This document shows, in pieces, positions 22,101 through 33,100 of a stretch of DNA of 64,000 nucleotides (the stretch's first letter is position 1; the number at the start of each line of letters is the position of its first letter). Below the pieces are notes generated by a model, which saw nothing but the letters and a program-made list of their open reading frames with translations, was not told the origin of the DNA and ran no database searches. The translations under genes and the position numbers were made by a program. Source of the DNA: a virus. The stretch lies in the IMG/VR virus record IMGVR_UViG_3300021963_000055, positions 40,878-104,877 of that record; one strand, written 5' to 3'.

Positions 22101-22416
22101 CTCCTGAAGTTTGACCCACTAAAGTTTTTTCTGTCAGATTAGTTCTAATGCTTTCAAATGATATTCCTCCAATTGATGGCTGAACTAAAACAGCCTGATA
22201 TTGAAGGTCATACCCAACTTGTCCTGGAATTACTACAGAACCGTGTTTAAATATGTGCTTACCAAATTTTTCAATTTGTCCCTGAAGGATTGATTGTAGA
22301 GTAGTTAATTCTCTAGCTTGAATAGGATAATTTGGTTTAAATAGTACCCTATAAAAATTTTTAGATGAATCAAAATCGTCAAAATATGGCTGCAAATTAA
22401 GATTAGTATCTTGCAT
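16135..22416 (-). CDS. Large virion/baseplate structural protein (DUF4815-type)
   Basis: Motifs PYFDDFD..KNFYRVLFKP, QARELT, APGADR, RFKTGFVADNF, DPLAQSF; ATAAATA at 22454-22460. Confidence 0.88.
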   Translation of the reverse strand: MQDTNLNLQPYFDDFDSSKNFYRVLFKPNYPIQARELTTLQSILQGQIEKFGKHIFKHGSVVIPGQVGYDLQYQAVLVQPSIGGISFESIRTNLTEKTLVGQTSGVKAKVLNSISATQSDKSTATLYVKYVASGNVVNGVQLTKFTNGEILQDENNNPVAVTATQNATSFVGSAAYITAGVYFIRGFFVEVPEQSIILDQYNNFSSYKIGLSILESVVTTDEDNSLYDNAIGSPNFAAPGADRLKIEAILSKQDIDLPTDSTFIELLRLEEGKVAKLVENSVYNQLEKNLARRTFDESGNYTVTDFNLNLRETYNDGENNGVYSYNDTLLDGTVVLNRTPSITDGKSIDGRNYYTMELSPIKAYVKGFEINNTDKKYVTIEKPRKSLAINNQGLISAFGNYIELDTTTIQGSVLPGNLVTLKKIASGVETSIGKAVALSLIVGGKLYLADISMFTVVTTSENSPALAIGDFIFTNNGASAVIDSINGSTLTLRQVAGTLLPGSTFTNSKNNSTYTISTVIANNIENITNLSAPGFSSSVKLEQVSISGTSFKVIGNTLSGIGSRFSSEIQVPMKLLIGTSVATVTNVTDSEITITETVADGVYYNVKKLIPKVKTSGTNFFSRISNNSVKTTSDLSYYKAITETKLVSNAGFTISTTSNFTISPNDIIITNSSGIVEFSASSISPSSVNIFVSDSLSNTNVNITYKVRSNNPSLKTKSASKFNFLLVDKLKTSTNTIYGTRFVDNEISLKFPDVYKIHAIRQALNSQASNQDLFDKININDSTGLVAGDIISYQNIRAKIISISGNTLYIVYLSDNKFQNGTNLTLSVDITSISPVVGKFITSVTNGNYKDITNDFILNKNDGPEFYNISKLVRRSSSPTPQNKFIVVFDYFIHNNTSNDFYSTNSYDTSQIEYSEIPLCYDGTPYSNIVDFRFETVPSPGSGGSLITPYQESASAFDVLSLYRVIPSFAFPGEIISLDYDYYLGRIDKIFLDENGNIIIAKGSDSLIPKEPEDVPNTLHIGTLTIPPYMKSVNDSTLEIIKSRRYTMKDIGLIDKRLETVEELTSLNLLEIGTNSLTIVDEDGNNRFKTGFVADNFKTTDLADLNNTSYTACIDTEKAILRPYPYVTNIQLKPATSGFTAKQTGSLVTLPYTETPFVVQSYASRVENLQPFEVIQWYGDIQLEPEKDVWFDTVRTAREVQRIDLSQPLRALFDRTSALADQWNDWNRNIVPRLVVGGGTLSVQNTPGGNNTFTPVTQDIQVGDSINNISAERFIRSRIVELTSTKLKPDTLFHFFVDDRLNNSMIFPKQITGMTNRNGVAFVNGETVEIFSPATNATNPVRGIVVTSPLGSYTSTTTFLKIDNITTRDGTEINPTALIDTIQIRGLASGATGTVQFTGPRVKSDVNGTVEAFLVIPPNTYQTGETVFKLCDQITGTSIYGISDSSAQTTYNTLGTNVSLTSNVVSLTTAQISSTAGIGTRTVFIPFPPPPPPAPAGRDPLAQSFLVDIEGGIFATSIDLYFQTKDSILPVSVEVRTMENGTLTNTVVPNSIATVQSANVNVSNNGSVATRFTFPCPIYLNQNTEYAFIVRSASKNYKVWISRLSETDVLGGFIIDKQPYSGSLYKSQNMSVWTPDQFEDLKFTLNRAKFVTETTYNCKLINGPVTDVTLPANALKFTQSSGSIEVYHPNHGMNSIQNYVKISSVVSEALVTSLNTSITTATQSGAINVGNTSDTTWSTIAETPVSATNPGYILVNNEIIKYTAISGTTLSIPPDGRGQFGTTATTHAAGSVLYCYSINGVPLNQINKIHKITQIIDLDRYKISSGVNANSNVISGGIYIKASRNIQYEELYPNLNILSIPFTNVSFGLESVSANSPYQAETSFVRISEQSVQNRQYNELSSSRLVASPTNSNQYFGSENSASLTLNVNLSTEKDNVSPALDINGSSAIAVSNRIIKKIANNKIDITQELTPLSGIYSSYITKKITLQNTSTSIKVLLDAIREQGLNGEYSDIKVFAKIYSEGNLGSFDSMSYIEIPAVSYPKSLNSKDYKAFDFELKNVSEFKQFSIKICMISNDQTNIPKIRNFRAIALAV

Positions 22417-22461
22417 TTAGTTAAACCTTCAAGAATTTATGGTCGTTTTTTATTATTTATT

Positions 22462-24072
22462 TTAGAATTCTACTACTAATTTAATATCTTCAATTTGATC
22501 ATTAGATCTGAAAACTGGTTTTCTATTTTCAATGTAAATAATTTTACCACTATATTTTTTAATTTCTCCGTTAGAATACCCGTTTACAAAGGTAGTTCCT
22601 GAAAGAACTGTCCCCACTGGAGTGCTATATGAAGTATCTGGCATTGCAGTAACATTACCTTGAGAAATTGCAAAATTACCAGAAAAATTAATAAATTTAT
22701 CTTTATTTGCTCCTTCTTGAGTTTTATTGATATGCTCATTTTGATAATATTTTAAAATTTTATTCACTGAATCCCAATGAATAATTCTTCCTTTTGCACC
22801 AGTAGTTGGCTGAGTGATAATTTCTCCGTTTGTAAAATCATCAATCATTGTGGATGGAAATTTAATTGCTTTGCATACTGAAGCAGTAGGAGCAGTATAA
22901 TCTAAATTTCCTATAGTTTGGGGATCTTCAATAAGCCCAAATCTTCTAAATTGCATGTTGATTGGAATATCTCCATTTCCATCAAGAAAATCAAGACTTT
23001 TATTAATCATTACTCTATACCCTCCTAATTCGTAAATAGAATTTGATCCATGTCCGCCAGGAGGAGAAATAATAATTTCAAGTTTTGCAGTTGTTCCAAG
23101 ACTAGTCACTGCACCAGATTGGGAATTTGCATCTGAAATACTAGAATAACATTTAGTTAAATCTGCTACGCCATAGGTATATCCAGTGCCAAGATAATTG
23201 TTTACTACTTCTACTGCAGTGATCTTTGAAGAAGATACTGTAATACCTAAAATTGCTTTTGTAGACCCATCTCCAATTACTGGAGTGTACCAAGTTCCAT
23301 TTGTGAGGCCAGAACCTCTATTAACAATTAAAACTTGATGAATAGCACCATCTACTGCTGCATTTTTAACAGATGAATCTAACCTAACTGGAATAAAATC
23401 AGACGAAACAAATTTGATATAATCAGAAATTGAAATAGTATACATGTACTTCCATTTATACCCATCAGAAGTACTAAAAATACCAGTGCTTGTTCCAGTT
23501 GGCTCTATAGTTGAAACTTTACCATTTTGATTTACATCTGGATCTTGGCCATTGTATATGCATTTATATACTTGAAAATCTTTGTTCATGACATAAAATT
23601 GAGTATCATATAGTTTTGATTGGCCAGTAGAAGATATTTTTGGTTGGCCATTAACTATAGTTCCGTAATCATGTTTGTACATATCATAAACTAGTCCAGA
23701 TTGCCAAACTCTTCTTCTAATAACTTCAGATACATCACTTCTAGTTACTCTTTTTATGGCAATCATATCATCATAAATTTCACTCATTTCATCAAATGAA
23801 TCTACTGGATTTGGAGGAGAAAAATCTGAAATAGTAGATACGCCAGCATATTTTTCTGGAACTGCGCCCACAGTAGGATCATTCCAATTATAAGAACGAC
23901 CAATAAAAAGATAAATCTTACTTCTATATGCTTGAGAAGCAGAAGATTCTGCAGGAGAAGCTACTTCGTCTTCAGATGCAGGTAAATAAGAACTATTATA
24001 TGGTTCTTCTAATGATTCAATAAATTGCTGTGAAGCAAAAATTCTAAAATTATCTGATACTAATGAAGGCAT
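22462..24072 (-). CDS. gp8: Baseplate wedge subunit
   Basis: Motifs YLFIGR, VYKCIYNG, DGYKWKYMYTI, QIEDIKLVVEF; ATAAATA at 24108-24114. Confidence 0.92.
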   Translation of the reverse strand: MPSLVSDNFRIFASQQFIESLEEPYNSSYLPASEDEVASPAESSASQAYRSKIYLFIGRSYNWNDPTVGAVPEKYAGVSTISDFSPPNPVDSFDEMSEIYDDMIAIKRVTRSDVSEVIRRRVWQSGLVYDMYKHDYGTIVNGQPKISSTGQSKLYDTQFYVMNKDFQVYKCIYNGQDPDVNQNGKVSTIEPTGTSTGIFSTSDGYKWKYMYTISISDYIKFVSSDFIPVRLDSSVKNAAVDGAIHQVLIVNRGSGLTNGTWYTPVIGDGSTKAILGITVSSSKITAVEVVNNYLGTGYTYGVADLTKCYSSISDANSQSGAVTSLGTTAKLEIIISPPGGHGSNSIYELGGYRVMINKSLDFLDGNGDIPINMQFRRFGLIEDPQTIGNLDYTAPTASVCKAIKFPSTMIDDFTNGEIITQPTTGAKGRIIHWDSVNKILKYYQNEHINKTQEGANKDKFINFSGNFAISQGNVTAMPDTSYSTPVGTVLSGTTFVNGYSNGEIKKYSGKIIYIENRKPVFRSNDQIEDIKLVVEF

Positions 24073-24113
24073 TATTCGCTGTCCTTTTAGTTAGTCTTTG
24101 TTATAATTATTTA

Positions 24114-27100
24114 TTATATAAATTTGTCATAATATACGATACTGTTTTGAATATGTGTAGTGGGTGATTGAGATCTAGTGCAACCAACTAATTGATTTGA
24201 TAAAATATAAGTGTATTCTATAATCTCTCTGTCAATAATTGCTCTAAACGTGTCATATCCCTCTCCAGAATTTCTAACAATTACTGAAGTTACTCGTCCC
24301 ATACTATCTAGAATAACCTCTGGAACACAACCACTTCCACCTCCACCAATAACAATTACTTCTACATCTCTATCATCATACCCAATTCCCTGTGTAAGTA
24401 CATCAATTTTTTTAATTCTTCCATTGCTAATAAATGGTCTAAATGTCGCTCCAGATCCAGTAGAAGATTTAATTTCAACTCTAATTTCGCTCTGTTCAAA
24501 ATTTTGTGCGTTTGCTACTGGAATTATTTCTGATGTTGAATTAATTGTTGAAGTTAATTTTGTTCCTATTTTTATATTTGAAGTACTTAATGGCCTTTGT
24601 TTGTATGAATATGCATATGTAGTAGGAACTACAATTTGAGGTCCATATTGATTATATCCAGGATATTGAATTTGAACTGGAGTTTCTATGGTTCCACCTT
24701 TTATTGCGTTTATATTAGTTGTTATTTTTGCTCCAAATCCAGTTCCTAAAGTTCTCAATATAGTTGGATTTTTATATCCTTTACCTCCGTTTGATATTGA
24801 AATTGAAGTAACTTTGCCATTTGTTGTGGATGCAGATCCAATAAACCCAGATGGTTTTTCTCCAATATATGAAGTTGTTTTTAACAATGTTGGTGATAAA
24901 ATATCTGTAACAACTCTTGGATTAGATTCCCCATCAATATGTAATTCATCACCAACATTAATTTGATATGATCTACTATTCACATTTACATCCAACCTAG
25001 TTCCTCTAAAATCTAAAATTACTACTTTACTTCCAGCTGCAACTGTGTTTGTAAAAATAATTTTATCATTATTGATATAATAATCATAAAGTGGACTTTG
25101 AATATTGCCATCTTTGATAACTAAAATTTGATTTTCATGACTTCTTGGCCTTTCAATAATAGCATTTGGATAATAAGGTCCAAATTTTGCAGCAACACCA
25201 GAATTAGTCATTTGAACTGGGCCAGTTCTAGTCATTACAATTTGCTCTAAAATTGGCATTAATATTCCATTTCTAGTTAATGTCGAAACAGGAATTCCTG
25301 ATGACATTTCTAATATATTAGTCGCTGATGTGACTAATATAGTATTTAATTTATTAAATGAACCAACACACTTAACTGACACTATATCAGTAGAAATTAA
25401 TGGAGAATTAAATTCAATTTGACTCTTTATATCTCCTTGTAAAGTATAATCTACTCCAGCCTCTAAAAATTTTCCATTTTTAGTAACAATTAAACTAGAT
25501 TCTGATGCTACGGAATCCACACTTACCGTACCTGGAGGCATAAAATTATCTTCATTTAAGAAAAGATTAAATTTAGTATTTACTCCATTAAATGGAGTAT
25601 TAGTTTGATCTAGTAAGTGAAAAACTCCAGCAAATTTAATGCCAAAAATATATGCTGATGTATTTGGGGATGTAAGTGTAATTCTATATCCAGTATTGTA
25701 AGTATATTCATTTAATTCATTGAATTTCCAACTATTATTTGAGAATACAACTAAATTTTCTGTTGTACTGAGATTATCAATATCATATACTGTATTTGAA
25801 TTAGATACTGAAGTTAAATTTACAACCTGATTTCCATACATTCGGATCCTGAAAATTTCATCGGTAAATTGTGGGGGAGTTGCAAATTCTACAATTCCTC
25901 TGTTTGGAGATATTGTATATTGCACTCCAGGATATTGTATAACACCATTGACAGATATTAAAATGTCTGCATCCTGAATAATATCGGAACTAATTAAATT
26001 TTGTTCATTATAAAATAATCTAAATTTCTTTCTAGTTCCATTTGGACAATCATCTGGGTCATTTAAAAAATGTATTGAAGGATATTTAATTGCAAAAATA
26101 GAATCTATTTCAGTATTTGAAAGTAATGTTACTGTATTTCCTGAAATGGTAAAATTTTGTCCATAAAATTGAGGAACACCATTAATATGAAGAACTAAAT
26201 TTGCCCTTTCATTTGTTGAAATAGCAGTTCCGAGAGTTATGGAAGTTCCAGAAATATTTGTTATAGGTATTTCTGTAGTTCCATGTCTATATGCGATATA
26301 AATTTCATCATCTTGCGTTATATTTGTAGTAAACGTAATATAACCATTTCCAACTATAAAATCTTCTCCAGGATTTTGTGAAACTCCATTTCTTAAAACA
26401 AAAACATCAGAATTTGCTGGAGGATTAAAACTTCCATAATTTTTTTGCAATTTATATGTAGATTTTGAAAAATCATCATTTAAATAATCTACAATTATTG
26501 TATCAGTCGCAGAAGTTCCTACCTGGTAGATATGCACAGGTGATAGTGAATAATCACGAATATTAAATAATTCATGAGCATTAGTTAGTTCTATAATTGC
26601 AGAATTGCAATTATATGTGGAAGTTTTTTGAATAACTCCATTTACTAGTAAAATTAAATTTTCACTCGTTGCGGGCAGTAAAGTGTTTATAATAGTGTTA
26701 TTTTTAAGTAAATTATATTTATAATTTGCAATAGTAATTATATCGGATGAAGATATATTAGAAGTAAACGTAATATATCCAATACCATAATTATAATCAA
26801 CACCAGGAATTAATAATGTATCATTTTTATAAACAAAAATATTTCCACTTATTGTATTATCATAATATACATAATTTGATGATAATTTATAAGTATTTTT
26901 GCTATAATTGTCATTAATATAATCTAAAACATCAACATTATAAGAAGAAATCTGAAATACTTTAGAACGGTAATTTACATAATTAATTACATTATTCAAT
27001 CTTAATATATTTCCATTTATAGTATAATTCACTGATGGAACTAAAATTGAATCATTTATATCTAAAATTAAATCCTGAGCCCTTGGAAGATTTGTAGTTA

Positions 27101-30100
27101 TAGGAATTAAATTGGTGCATAATTGATACTCATTAACATAAATTTCAATTGCATCAGATTCTAAAATAGGATTTGCAAAAGTAATATACCCAGTTAAATT
27201 TGCATAATCAGTTATTGGATTTAAAGTAATTCCATTTTTTATCACAGTTAAACTATTAATTCCAAAAATTACATGTGTTTTATAGTTAAATTGTAGTTTA
27301 AAAGTAGTTTTTGTAAAATTATCATCTATGGGATCCAATAAAACTGTACCATAATTTACACCCAATTTGTAAATTAAAACTGTTGAATTTATATTTAAAT
27401 TTTGATTTAATAATGTTATTTCATTATTTGAAGCTGTATATGAAATCTCGGGTATTTGAACTACACCATCAATGACTACAATTAAATCTGAAGCTTTAGT
27501 TAAATTATCTGGAATATTGACATTGTTTTTTTGTAAAGTATAAGTTGAAATATTATTTTGTACAGTAAATGAATCTAATTGCACTTTTGCAGAAATAAAC
27601 CCAAATATTTTTACTTTATCGGTAGATAAATTTACATTTTCATCAAAAGTTAATATACTAGTACTAGAATTGTAATTCCATGAACTAATTTGAATAATTC
27701 CATTTACATATATCAAAAATACATCAGTATCTATTATTGGAGTTAATGATGTATATTGTAAAGAATTTGATGACAGCTGTGTAAATCTATTAGTTACATC
27801 TACTATATCTGAATTTGGATAACTAACAATATGAACTGCCTCAGTTGAATTTGGAGCAGTTAAAAATTCAATAGATGGTGAATTGTCTGGTCCAACGATA
27901 GAATAATCAACATTTTCATATTGGTATACTCCATTTCTAAATACATGAAATGTTGAATCATTGGTAACATTTAAATAATTTTTAGTTAATGCAAATTTTA
28001 CATTTACAGAATTAAAATTTTTAAAATTATCAAGTTGAATCACATTAAAACTATCAATTTTTGGTTTTGATGTTTTAAATGCAATTATTTTTAAATTATC
28101 TATATTTAAATTTGTTGGTTGAATAAAAGTTAATACGTTAGAAGAAAAACTCCAAGTTTCATTGCTCAATAATATTCTGCCTTGTGCAGTATCTTTGTAT
28201 ATTAAAAATGTATTGGTATCTATTGTTGGTGATGTTGATGTATATTGAAGTTGGGTTGGTGAACTTTGACTAAATCTATTAGTTACATCTATAATATCGT
28301 CATTAACAATATTTCTAATATCAAATTTGTCGGTCGAAATTGGTGCAGTTTCAAGCTCAAGATATTGGGCAGAATTTTGACCAACAATAAATTTGGAATT
28401 GTTGCTGGTTTTTACATCATATACATCTGAATGTAAATATTTTCCATTTTTGAAAATTTGTAAATTAGTATTACTTAATATAGGAGTTTTGATATAATTT
28501 TTTGTTAACGCAAACGTTTTATTTACTCCATTAAATTCTTTAAATGAATCTAATCTTTCTGGAGTAATTTGATCTAAAAATCTTTTTTGTGATTTAAAAG
28601 CTAATATAGAAACTTTATCTAATGCTAAACTTACAAAAGATCCACTAAAAGATAGAATATTTGTAGTTGTATTAAAATTCCACGCAGTATTATCCTGTAA
28701 AACTCCGTTAAGATAAATTAAAAATATATCAGTGTTAACTATTGGAGATTGACTTGTATATCTCAATGAAGTTGTATTTTCTTGTGTAAACCTATTTGTG
28801 ATATCAATTAAGTCATCTCCCATGAATGCAGTGATAACAATATCATCATCTGTAGTTGGCGCAGTTGCAAAATTTATATAATTATAATTAGAAGTTCCAG
28901 CCATAGTGTAATCAATTCCTGGATATTGATACGCACCATTTCGGATAACTTGTAAATTACTAGATGTTGCAGGATTAATACTAATATAATTTTTAGTTAA
29001 TGAAAATTTAGTTTCAATGCCATTATATTTTTTAAATGTATCAAATTCAAAATTTTGATTCAATCCATCATATGCATAATACATTGATATAATTTCTCCA
29101 TATAATGGAGTTGTTGTGAAAGTTATATTTGATCCTACTATTATATAATCTGTTACTGGTTTCTGATATACACCATTTCGGATTACAATTACATGATGTT
29201 CAGTTATTGGAGCAAATAAAATTCCATCTAAAGTGATTGGGAATGTTGCTCGGACACCATTGAAACAAATAAAAGGATCTATAAGTACATTTTTAGTTTT
29301 TTGTGGAGATAATTGACGATTGAAATATGCAAGTTTTATATTATCGGTAGAAGTTGGTGCCAAATTAAAAGTAATTTTATTGGCGAAAACAGTATGACTT
29401 TGAGAATCTGGTTTAATTAAATTTCCGTTTTTAATTACAAAAATATCTTCAAGATTTTTAACATAATGAGGAACACCTCTATCAGATAAATTAAAAGTTT
29501 TTCTAGTGCCATTTTGAATGACATTTAATCTATCTAAATCTGCACCTTTAGATGATGTAGTGGTATTTGACAAATATTTACTTATAAAATCTACAATGGT
29601 GCATTTTGTTCCAGTAGGATAAACCTGATTAAATGTAATATTAGAACCAGATAATGTATATTGAGAAGAATCTAAAATAGTATTATTTACATATACAATT
29701 AAATTATTTTTTCCATTTATTGGAGTATAAGAAATTCCATCCGCATATTTAAGTGCAAATGTAGTTAAAGTTCCATTAAATTTAATTTCATTTAAAACTT
29801 CTACATAACTGGTTGAATATTCTGGATTTGAATAAGTAAATCTTGTATCATATCCATATACAGTAGTATTGTCAGGATCTGTATATACAGTGCCATCTAA
29901 TAAATCTTTAGTTGTTTGATATAAAGATTTTGGAGTTTTTATTGCATTAGATTCAATGTAGCAATTTAATTTATGTACATCACAATCATAAATTTGCGTA
30001 ATTTTATTTGGTTGTGATGTATTAATATTATCTAAATAGCAAGCTACAGATTCATCAATATACCAACCAAAAATATCAGATGCATTCACAGAAGATGACA

Positions 30101-33100
30101 AACTAATTTGATTTCCAAATATTGTAAAATCTGTAACAAGCTCGGATTGAAATACGGAATTTGCAAAAATTAATAAGTTGCAAGTATCTGATGGCGTATA
30201 ATTTAAAGTATAATTAAACCCAGAACCATTAAATGTCAATACTTTTAAATTTTGATGATATAAAACAAAAATATTACTTTCTGGAGATATAATTGAATTA
30301 AATGTCACTACATTTTCAGAAACAGTAAATGTAGGCTCTTGGACAACACCATCAATAGAAATTAAAAGTCTTTCTGCAAATTGTGGATTAAATTTTTGTC
30401 TTCCTTTTAATAAATTTAATTTATTCCCTTCAAGTACAAAATTTAATACCTCAAAATTAGTAGTTAATTTGTGGGCTACAATATTATCAGTAGGATTTAA
30501 TGCAAAATTAAAAATTAAATTGTCATTAGAAACATAATATGAATCTATAGGTTTTTGTAATATTCCAGAATAAAATACAAATGCATAGTCAGTTTGATTA
30601 GCTCCTGTCGCTGCAAACTCTTTTGAAACTTCAAATATAAAATCTCCAACAATAAATTTAGTTTGTTTTAGTATTAATACTTCTATGTAATTTTCGGAAA
30701 ATGATTGTATGATTCCAAATGCACCTGATAAATTTCCATATATGAATTGTCCAACTGCAAATAAAGATACATCAGATATAGAAATTTTTTGTGTTTTACA
30801 GTCTGATAATTTTAAATTTAAATCTAATAGATTTAATAATGTAGCTTTAAAAATTACAGAACTATTAAATATATCTTGTTCATTTTTAAATAATGCTGTT
30901 TGATTATGGATTAAATTTTTTCCAAATAATTTAAACCCAGTAGGATGTGTATTTTTGATTACGTCATTTTTCCAATCTAAAGTATTTTTTGATGATGCAA
31001 TACTATATGACCAATCTTGGTAGTAATTACTATCATGAATTTTTTGAGTTGTATCATTTAAAAATCCATAATTATCTAAAAATTTATATGGAAATGATAC
31101 ATTTGTTGATGTCTTTGCATGTGCAGATGCAGTTTTAATTGAAAATATATTTCCATATAAAGAGCCATCTGGCAGATAAATTAAATCATTATTATTAACA
31201 GTTCCACTAATTTTTTCAAATTCAATCGTAGATGATGGAACATCAAAATTTATAACCTTGCAAATTGCAGTTGGATTTACAAAGGAACCAATTTTTAATT
31301 CATCATTTGCGAATATTAATTTTCTGCTCAAATTAACTTTTAATTCTACACCAACACCATATTCACTTTCTATAGTAACAGTTGGAATATAATTTAAATT
31401 ACTGCCGCCATTTATTACGGTAATATTTGTTATAATTCCACATGAAGTATCAATTTTAAATTTATAATTGTTATCAATAATTCCATTTATTTTTATTTTA
31501 TCTGTAGGTCTATAATTTACTCCTCCAGATATAACTTCAATACTTGCAATTTGGAAATTATTTTTAATTTTAGCAGTACTTGAAAATTTTATTGGAAATT
31601 GTTTTTTTCTATCTCCAATTAATTCTCCAGTTACAGATTGGCAATTAATTGCTGAAATTTTTCCAATATTAGATGAATTTAATTGCATCAATGCTCCATA
31701 ACCAGAAGTTGTTTCTACACCTATAACTTCTGGTAATTTTTTATAATTATTTCCTTTACTTGAAATATTAATTTTTACAATGCCACCCATAGCTGTTTTG
31801 GATGTGGTAGTATAATTTAAAGTTTGAATTAAACTACTAAATTGCTTTGGTTTTGGAATCAAAAATTTAGTTGAACTTCTTACAGAAAAAACTTTTTGTT
31901 TTAAAAGTAAGGGATTATCAAAAATTAACAAATCATTAGTTTGTAAATTGTGATTTATTGTGGTATTAATTTCTATATAAGAATTTCCAAATTCAGTTAC
32001 AAAATTATAGGAAGAAATATTTACTCCATATACTTGTGCAACATATGCAGAAAATCCAGTCCCATATGTAAATGAATTGTCTACTTTTAATTTATCATTT
32101 GTTCTATAATTAAACCCTGGATTTTCAATTATAACTTCATCAATAGATCCAAAATTATATGATTTAGACTTTAAAATTGAATTTGTTGTACTTTCATTAA
32201 ATTTAAATATAGATGAAGTATACAATGCCCCTCCATCAGTAACTGTAATATCAGATGGCAGAGCTAGCATTCTAAAAATTATTGGAGATTTTGTTCTATC
32301 TCCATTTAAATAACCATTTAAAAAATAATTTACATTTCCAGAAGTTAAACAAGTTCTTCCATATAAGTAAATAGCAGTTGAATTGCTAATTGTAAGTGGA
32401 GATGTTCCAGAAATTATTCTACAATTTAAAAATTGAGTATTAGTTCTTGTAGAATATTCTATTACCCTTCCATTAATATATAATTTTCCAGATTTTTGTG
32501 GAAAATTTTTAGCATCAATAGTACTTATTGATGAAAGTGAATTTGATGTTACCGTTGAAGTCTGGGTAGCGATTGTAGATGGTGGCAAAAATAATTTTTT
32601 ATAATTTAAATTTGAATCTATTTCAAATTCATATAAATTATTTTCTAAATTTTGAATTTCTGAAATTTGCAAAGAAATTCCTGGAATTTTATAACTTAAA
32701 TCTCTAGACTGAACTAATTCAATTAATTTTACATTATCTAAATTTTCAGCTCCAGAAATTAATTCGCAACGAATAATTCGTCTTTCATAAAAGTTTGCAG
32801 ATGAACCTTTAATTACATTCTCTTTAGGTCTTTCTATTTTTGGATCAATTGAAATAATTTCAATTGATGGATTTCCTTGTTTATTTGTTTCTGTTAGGTA
32901 TGCAGCAGCAATTCTTGCCCTTGGAGATTCTCCTCCAATTCCAACTATTCTAGAATTAGAAGTAAAATACCCAGAAATTTGATATAATATTAATTCTCGT
33001 GAAGAATCACTCCAACTATAAACTTTGCCGCTGCCAATAATGTTATTATTAGAATCAATACAATTTACTATTTGATCTGGATCAAAACTTCTTTCACGTA